63,040 nucleotides of DNA from Macrostomum lignano (lineage: Eukaryota), in contig NIVC01000198.1 in assembly GCA_002269645.1 (NCBI GenBank), forward strand, positions 1 to 63,040, written 5' to 3'. Under the pieces are notes generated by a model that saw only the letters and a program-made list of their open reading frames with translations, had not been told where the DNA came from and did not search any database. The translations under genes were made by a program, and so were the position numbers. Shown piece by piece: positions 56,005 to 63,040 of this stretch (position 1 is its first letter; every line of letters begins with the position of its first letter).

Positions 56005-56245
56005 GCAATAACCTTTACTCATCAAGTGCAAAAATCAATTTCTCAGCAAGTGCAATAGTCCCTTTCTAAGCTAGTGCGATAATCTTTGGCTTGTCAAGTG
56101 CAATAATCCTTGGCTTATCAAGTGCAATAGTCCTTGGTTTATCAAATGCAATAGTCCTTTGCTTATCAAGTGCAATAATCCTTGATTTATCAAGTGCAGT
56201 AATCTGTGGCTTATCAAATGCAATAATCCTTGGCTTATCAAATGA
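56005..56245. repeat. Degenerate 24-bp tandem repeat ATCAAGTGCAATAATCCTTGGCTT
   Basis: About 10 copies. Confidence 0.8.
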
Positions 56246-56724
56246 TAAATAGTAACAAATATTATATGAAACAATAATAAATATATTAAGATAATATATT
56301 ATATTTTTAGATGCAATAACTAAAGAATTAAAGATTCAACAAAAAGCCATAAAAATTGTGAGTAAAAAGTTATATCTATATTTTTAAGAAAGATTAAAAA
56401 CAAAATCAAATAAAACACTTCAAGTAGAAAATACTGTATAAATTATAAAATAGAAAGCCTAGAAGTTATAAACAGGTTTATTTAAGTATATCCTATTATG
56501 TCTAATACTTTGGCACTAGATATTAGCATTCTTTCATCTATAATACCTGCATTTTGTGTCAAAAATTTATACCTTATAGAAAATAGTAAGAAATGGAAGT
56601 CTTACAAATAAAAAACTAGAGGTTATATCACGGTAGTTAAGACAAAAGTTTGTAGAATAGGATCCTTATATTCACTTTTGTTTTATAATGCCTATAATTA
56701 TAGATGATCATTTAGAGTATTATA

Positions 56725-57935
56725 CGAGGGGCGTCCGGAAAGTAGTGTTACTTTTGCTTGGTGTGGACGTATGGACAGTCACACTTGCATGTGCTTGGTG
56801 TCATTTGAAAGCGGCAAGTCTCTTCTTTAAAATGACACCAATTGCAAGAGATTTGAATCTGTGCTTCAAGAGATATGGACGATTAAGTAGACAAAGGTCA
56901 GTCATAGACTTACAGAACCTCAAAAATGTCAACAGAAAACTTTTATCACGAGCGTAATTACTCTAGAAAAAAACAAAAAACGCAACAGTACAGTACAGAA
57001 GCCCTCAGATCCCCTGACGGTCCAAACCATTGACTCCTGCTTCGTTGGAGGGTCGAAGTATGGCACCCATGTCTCGTCGCCAGTTACGATCAGCTCTCGA
57101 AAGGCTTCCCATCCTCCATGTTGATTGACCAGCTCCAGGTTGTTCACACATTTCTGCTTGCGTTCCAGCTTAATGACCTCAGTGAGAAATCGTGGTACCC
57201 AACGGGCACTCAGCTTGACGTGATTCATCTTCTGCAGGCACTCGTGAACTGTGGACTTCAGGCAATCCAATCAATCGGCCATTTCGCGAATGCTCTGGCG
57301 GCAGTCTTCATCAATCAAGTCGAGAATGCGATCCGTCAGGCTGCTGCTGTCGCGAATTGCAGGGCGTCCGGACCTTGGCATGTCGCTCACGTCAGTTCTT
57401 CCAGCCTGAAACTCGCCCACCCACCTGCTTACTGTCATCTTGCTGACAGCATGGTCGCCATGAGCTGTGCAAAGTTGCCTGTGGATGTCAGCCGATTTGG
57501 TTCCGGAGCTCCAAAGTGTAAAGATGGCATGTCGCTGCCCACTCTTCGAATGCACATCATTTGCAGTTCACAATTGAAAATTTAATGTCAATAAACTTTG
57601 CAGGCGCAGCAGAAGCAGTTTTACAAGTCTCGTAGTTTTATGAAACAGCCCGTCTCGTTCACTGCATCACATTTGGCCATAGACAGCCCATGATTACGAA
57701 AAAATCGATAAACGTAAAAGTTTTCTGTTGACATTTTTGAGGTTCTGTAAGTCTATGACTGACCTTTCTCTACTTAATCGTCCATATCTCTTGAAGCACA
57801 GATTCAAATCTCTTGCAATTGGTGTCATTTTAAAGAAGAGACTTGCCGCTTTCAAATGACACCAAGCACATGCAAGTGTGACTGTCCATACGTCCACACC
57901 AAGCAAAAGTAACACTACTTTCCGGACGCCCCTCG
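56725..57935 (-). mobile_element. Mariner (Tc1/mariner) deletion derivative with 221-bp TIRs
   Basis: TA TSDs at 56723-56724 and 57936-57937; CGAGGGG ends; TIRs 56725-56945 and 57715-57935 with one mismatch seen. Confidence 0.92.
57001..57560 (-). pseudogene. Mariner transposase N-terminal half (HTH, WVPR, first catalytic Asp)
   Basis: PRSGRP, SARWVPRFL, IVTGDETW, YFDPPTKQES; in-frame TGA at 57271-57273; truncated after VWTVRGSEG. Confidence 0.9.
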
Positions 57936-58253
57936 TATTATGATTATAAAAGTGAGGATACAAATTTTAAGTCCAATAAGTTGAGCAAAACTCTTTAAGT
58001 TTCTTATTGGACACTGTCTCAATCAATGTCAAAAGGATAGTTATTGGAATGAACAAGCAAAAGTTATTAGAGGGTACTATAGCTATAGTTTCTAAAAGAA
58101 AACAATAAAGACATTAGTGCAAAATTTAATAGTAAATGAACTACACATTAGGCCATGCATATGAAACCCCAAGTTGGCACCCCTTCAATTTTATTTTATG
58201 ATATATTATATAACAAACTATAACAAACTATATATATTATATAACAAACTATT

Positions 58254-58430
58254 TATCTCTACATATAAAAATCAAAACTCTGTCTATCTGGGTGTCTGTC
58301 TGTCTGCCTGTGGACAATTTTGATCGCTATGGACTCCCAAATCACTTAACCAAATTACACCAAACTTTACACCCACCCTAAACTTACTACGGAGAATGTC
58401 TTAGGCTTCCTTTAAATTTCCTAGATTCAA
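58254..58430 (+). mobile_element. Helitron-like 5' fragment
   Basis: TC..CATATAAAAAT start, GTCTGTCTGTCTG microsatellite, AACCAAATTACACCAAACTT..TTAGGCT layout typical of non-autonomous Helitrons. Confidence 0.4.
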
Positions 58431-58434
58431 GTCT

Positions 58435-58892
58435 TCCTACCTAAAAGTCCAAAATATTGCTCAAATTTTTAAAAGAGAGGGGGAAGCATAGAGAGGGGAA
58501 AGCAAAGAGAGGGGGAAAGCAGAAAGACAGGGGGGAAGCAGAGAGAGAGGGGGAAAGCAGAGAGAAATGAAGAGATAAAAGAGAAGAGAGAGAAGAGAAA
58601 TGAAAGATCAGAGAGCAAATAAAGACAAGAGAGAAGAGAGGTGAAGGAAAAGACGAGCAAAGAATGGGAGAAGAAGAAAGAGAAAGAGAAAAGAGATGTA
58701 AAAGAAGAGAAATGAGGGAAGATACGAGAGAAGAGGGAGAGAAGAGAGAGGAAAAAGAGAAGAGAGGAGAGGAGAGAGAGCTCAGAGAAGAGAGACAAGG
58801 GATGAGAGAGAAGAGAGAAAACAGAAGAGAAGATAGAAGTTTCAAAGGATCCAAGGGATGTAGGGAGAGTCAGAGGCAGAGGCCAGAGTTTA
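58435..58892 (+). mobile_element. Truncated hAT MITE family A copy (AG-rich core)
   Basis: AG core followed by GAAGTTTCAAAGGA..GGCCAGAGTTT as in other copies; terminal GCCGACCCCTG absent where the Penelope sequence begins. Confidence 0.4.
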
Positions 58893-58895
58893 CTG

Positions 58896-59609
58896 TTGAA
58901 TTTCAATGCCCTCTGTCCGAAACAGTGGAATATTGGCCTGATCCATTGTATGCTGCACAGAGCTTACTCTCTGTGTAGTTCCTGGGCTGCGTTTGATGAG
59001 GAGGTGAAAAATTTGACTAGGATTTTCAGTATGAACGGATACCCAAAAAATCTCATTAGTCGGTTGATTTTCAAGTTTGTCACTAATAAGGTTACTGGCA
59101 GACTGCAACAGAATCATAGTAAAAAGCCGGATGACCCCGTGATGATCTTGCTGTTCTATGGTATCCCATCTATCTTGTTGAAAAAGAAGCTTGAGAGATC
59201 TTTTCGGAAATGGTACAACACTCCGATTAGGATTGTCTTTCGCACTGCCAAGGTGGGTCAATTTGTCAGCAATCTCAAGTCCCGTGTTCCTCGTGCTCTA
59301 GTTGCAGGTGTCGTCTATAAATTTTGTTGTTCTGAAGATCAGAATATCTCTTACGTGGGAAAAACCAAAAGACACCTGCACACCAGAGTTAGGGAGCATT
59401 GGCTGAAAAAATCTGCTATCCAGGACCACCATCTGGAATGCAAGGGCTGCTGTGACAGAGAACAGATTGAATTGTTTAAAATTATCAACCGTGCTAACTC
59501 TGAATTCAAGCTTAGCATTCTTGAAGCGCTGCACATCAAAGCTCAAAATCCCAGTCTCAATGTGCAATTGCTACATAGTGGTGCGGGCCACCTTCTTAGG
59601 GTGTTTTGA
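58896..59609 (+). CDS. Penelope RT C-terminus plus GIY-YIG endonuclease (partial, open frame)
   Basis: NFNALCP..IGLI..LHRAY..NGYP; GVVYKFCC..SYVGKTKRHLHTRVREH..ILEALHI..PSLN. Confidence 0.9.
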   Translation: MNFNALCPKQWNIGLIHCMLHRAYSLCSSWAAFDEEVKNLTRIFSMNGYPKNLISRLIFKFVTNKVTGRLQQNHSKKPDDPVMILLFYGIPSILLKKKLERSFRKWYNTPIRIVFRTAKVGQFVSNLKSRVPRALVAGVVYKFCCSEDQNISYVGKTKRHLHTRVREHWLKKSAIQDHHLECKGCCDREQIELFKIINRANSEFKLSILEALHIKAQNPSLNVQLLHSGAGHLLRVF

Positions 59610-59816
59610 GTTTGACTATTTTTTGTTGCGCGTACATTTGTTTTTTACATCTGTTTGCCTTCTCTCTCTCTCCCTCTCTCATTATTCTCACTTAACTCCA
59701 ACCCCTAATTTTTTTATGTTTTTCGTACATTGGTTACCCTCCCGTTTTCAATTTGACACTTGAGATAGTACAATCGTTTGCTTATTTATATTGAGTGTTT
59801 CGTTCAGTGATAAAAT

Positions 59817-59858
59817 AAACCCTGACGACGGCCCTAGTGGGTTGAAACGCGTTGGTTT
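59817..59858 (+). ncRNA. Minimal type I hammerhead ribozyme in the Penelope pLTR
   Basis: Helix I AAACC/GGTTT; core CTGACGA; helix II GGCCC-TAGT-GGGTT; GAAA; palindromic AACGCGTT helix III; predicted cleavage after GUU at 59853. Confidence 0.7.
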
Positions 59859-61287
59859 TCGCCATAAATGTTGATCTTAAGCTTTATTTATATGATATCA
59901 AAATTGTCTACTTTATACGTAACATACATAGTATAGACTAGGTATAGCAATAAGCCAAATGAAAGTTACATTATGATTTATTTTCTGATTTTTCGACTCT
60001 GTATGTTAGAGTCTTAAATAAGACTTAAGTCAAGACAACAAAAAAATCAGATTTAGGATTTAGCATATCAAACTCATATTCATGATTCAGAATCATAGCA
60101 CTTGTACTTTAATTAGCTTTACTACTGTATTCAATATTTCTTAATAAAAATCTAGCTAGCATTATAAAAAATACTTTTTAATGTAATTACCTTATTTCCT
60201 TCCTCTTAATTGTCCCACGTTTAATTGCCCAAAAACTTAAATTTTTTCAAACACGACCTTTTGGATAAAAGTAATACAAACAGTATAATACTGTTACTTA
60301 TAGTAAAGGTTAACATGTTTATATCCCAACATGTTTTCTCATAGTATTACTCAACTTAATTTAATTTTTAAGCATAATGTTTGTTTTAATGTGGCAATTT
60401 ATTTAAACGTAGAACTTTAGGTGATTTTGTCCGAGGCATCCTAGGACCTAGTATTGATTGACTGGTTAATCAGAAACCTACTGTACTGACTGACGAGATA
60501 GAATTGATGAATAAAAAGGAAAAGGCTTTTCAAATAAGTCTAGGCAATCTCCTAGTCCTAGTTTACTGCATTAAATTATTAAGGTCATTATAAAGTGGTA
60601 TTCTTTCGGAGGACGTCATTACTTAACTTACCATTTTCGGTAGACGATCACGATTGAAATTTGTCCCTGTTCTCTGTTTTCACTGTGTGGTGCACTGTAC
60701 TAGATTCTTTTGTGCGCAGTGTGCGCATGCACCCCAAAATTTGAAATCGCACCCTGAAATTGAAAAAGTGGGTGCAGTTTAGGTGCAGTCTCATGTCATA
60801 ACCTATTTCCTTTTTAAGCCTTAAAGCCTTTTTGCACTGCCTTGAAATAAGAAAAAAGAGGAATTGGGCATAGATTGCGATTTTGCGCCTTGTCTCAGTA
60901 AAAAAATATTACCCACATGCACAGGAGAAGGAAATTTCAATTCAAAAAGGAATATTTATCCCAGATATCTAGATATCTGGATATTTAGGCCTATCCTATT
61001 CCTATACAGGAATTTCTGGCTGTAAGCCTGTATAGCAATGATCATTATGCATATAGGGCCTACCCATATACCCTACCCATATAGAGAGAGAGAGAGGGTA
61101 TAATACCATGTTCCACTTTGTAAGGCATAGATAGTTCTTATTTCTTTATACTAGATAACTAGGCAGGCCCTAGGCCTATATAGAATTGATAGTGAGGCCT
61201 CCATGCAATGGGGCTATTTCATTCAAGATATCATGTATGACATGCAAGTAGTTTAAGGCTTAGAAAAGAAAGACAAGAGGTATTATA

Positions 61288-62563
61288 TGAAGGTTGTCAT
61301 AAATTTGCTGACAACTACAAATATCAAAGAAACAAAACAAAGAACAGTTAGGCCTAATTGTCAACATTGCATTTCTCAACATAGTTGCCCCCAAGCTGCA
61401 TACATTTGTGCCATCTCTCTGGCAGCTTGCTGCTGTCCTGGGTGAAGAATTCCATGGGGTCCCTTGTACCTACTGGCTGATGGCCGAGCTGAGTGCAGAA
61501 AGGCTTCTATAGCAATGGCCACAAAGAGGCTCTTTCATTTTAGGAAACAACCAGTAGTCACTAGGGGCCAGGTCAGGAGAATAGGCAGGGTGAGGCAGCA
61601 ACTTGAAGCCTAGTCTCCTGATGACATCCATAGTTGCATTGTAGGTATGCGGCCTAGCATTGTCCTACTGCAGCACAGTGCCCCTGGTGAGCCATTCCAA
61701 TATTTCACAGTAGTACTGGGCATTGATGGTTCTGCCTTCAGGTAGCCACTCAATCAGCAAGATGCCTTCTCTGTCCCAGAACACGGTGGCCATGTGCTTA
61801 CCTGCTGACTATACTGCCTTGGCCTTGACTAATTGGGGTTTGTGAATAGCCTTCCAGATGCTGCTCTGCTGTTTCGTTTCCAGTTCGTAGAAGTAAAACC
61901 ACATTTCATTACACAGTCACCAGGCAGCCAAGAAAGTCAGGCTCATTTTGATAGGCATTGAGCAGGTGGCAGCACATCTGGACCCTCTCTTGCAGTTGGA
62001 CAAGAGTCAGCAGTTTAGGGACCCATTGTGCAACAACTTGTGTCATATGTAGATGGTCAGAGATGATGAAAAGAATGCTCTCATTGGTATTGCCAACAAG
62101 TCCTCTAACTGCCTCAGGGTTGCTCCACAATCATCATCCAGGGTATGCTGCACACGCTGGATATTGTCACTAGAAGTAGATGACCACGGTGCACCTAGGC
62201 AGGGAGCATCATCAACTGTCTCCTAGCCGTCCTCAAAGCACTGCACCCACTTTGACACAGTTTGTTTTGAAGGTGCATCCTCACAAAGATTTGCAGTAGC
62301 TTGCAATAAATATCAGCCTGCTTCTTCTGCTGCTTCCACAAACAACCAAATGACAGTGCGCTTGGCAGCTTCACTTTTCTCTATACTGGCTAGAAGGTGG
62401 TTGAATGCCACTCAATTTCGGCTTTATCTCAAAAGCCAAAAGGAAGATTTTCCATAGACAATAAGATCAATGGTGCCTTAGTCTATAACAAAAATTTTGC
62501 CCCAAAGTACAAAAGAAACAGATGCTATATAAGTTTGTCAGCAAATTTATGACACAACCCTCG
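61288..62563 (-). mobile_element. Full-length decayed mariner (DD34D type)
   Basis: TA flanks; 27-29-bp TIRs TGAAGGTTGTCATAAATTTGCTGACAA / CGAGGGTTGTGTCATAAATTTGCTGACAA; 1276 bp. Confidence 0.9.
61375..62385 (-). pseudogene. Mariner transposase pseudogene
   Basis: QWVPKLL, SAGKHMATVFWDREGILLIEWL, DNARPH, PHPAYSPDLAPSDYWLFPKMK; several stops and frameshifts; ends approximate. Confidence 0.9.
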
Positions 62564-63040
62564 TACTTTTCAAACTTAATCATTTCAAAGCAATTTTCAT
62601 ATTAAGTGATTGTCATAAAAACTAATATAATGATATAATAGGGCCTATTTAAAGTGCTAATTTATAAAACTACTAGAATTTATAATATATAAAAAACATA
62701 AAAAGATTACAAATCTCTAAAATTTTAGGCTTCATTACTTAAGCTTAGCAAGGGAACTCTTTGCTTTGCTTGAAACCACAATGGCTATCACCAAAAAGTT
62801 TTATTCTTATTACTATAATGAATTACTTATTACCAAAATTACTAAAATATCTTGTGATTGTAATTTAACCAATTATAGTCTATATATAACACAGTAGATA
62901 GTATGTAAATATGCAAAGCAAAGCATAATACCTAAGAATTGATTGAATATATATATAGTCATGTGTATATAAGTTGCATGTACTATATTATATGCACTTT
63001 ATAGTAGAATATCTAAAAATAAGTAAACATGTTAGCAAGG

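Larger units (their letters stand above)
58893..59890 (+). mobile_element. 5'-truncated Penelope-like retroelement (GIY-YIG type)
   Basis: RT thumb remnant, GIY-YIG endonuclease, and 3' pLTR region with hammerhead motif; 3' boundary approximate. Confidence 0.88.

Noticed and set aside
60680-60930. GTGCGCA/GCACCC-rich segment suggestive of a hAT MITE
   Set aside because: No matching TIR pair or TSD found.

Overview
Eukaryotic (invertebrate animal) genomic DNA; no prokaryotic features or CRISPR arrays. The high-GC3 exons, poly-Q/G/A tracts and dense minisatellites resemble a free-living flatworm such as Macrostomum, but this is an unverified inference. (1) 1-3749 (+): 3' part of a multi-FAS1 (fasciclin) gene, 7 exons visible. 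About 7 frame disruptions, most repairable by one base in a homopolymer. (2) 7291-50598 (-): a 43-kb RBMS/alan shepard (shep)-family two-RRM gene. My model has 8 exons and an uninterrupted 733-aa ORF with phase-0 Gly/Gln/Tyr-rich N-terminal cassettes, plus candidate alternative first exons and a candidate 15-nt microexon/39-nt poison exon. (3) About 18 unrelated minisatellite arrays plus microsatellites (roughly 11 kb), several TIR MITE families, and a CCATAGAC-ended mini-element foldback at 37.1-37.9 kb. (4) 52.9-63 kb is a strongly CpG-depleted transposon graveyard holding a hAT remnant, a decayed full-length mariner, a young mariner derivative with 221-bp TIRs, and a 5'-truncated Penelope-like element with a minimal hammerhead ribozyme. 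All coordinates and counts were read by eye; no database searches were run.
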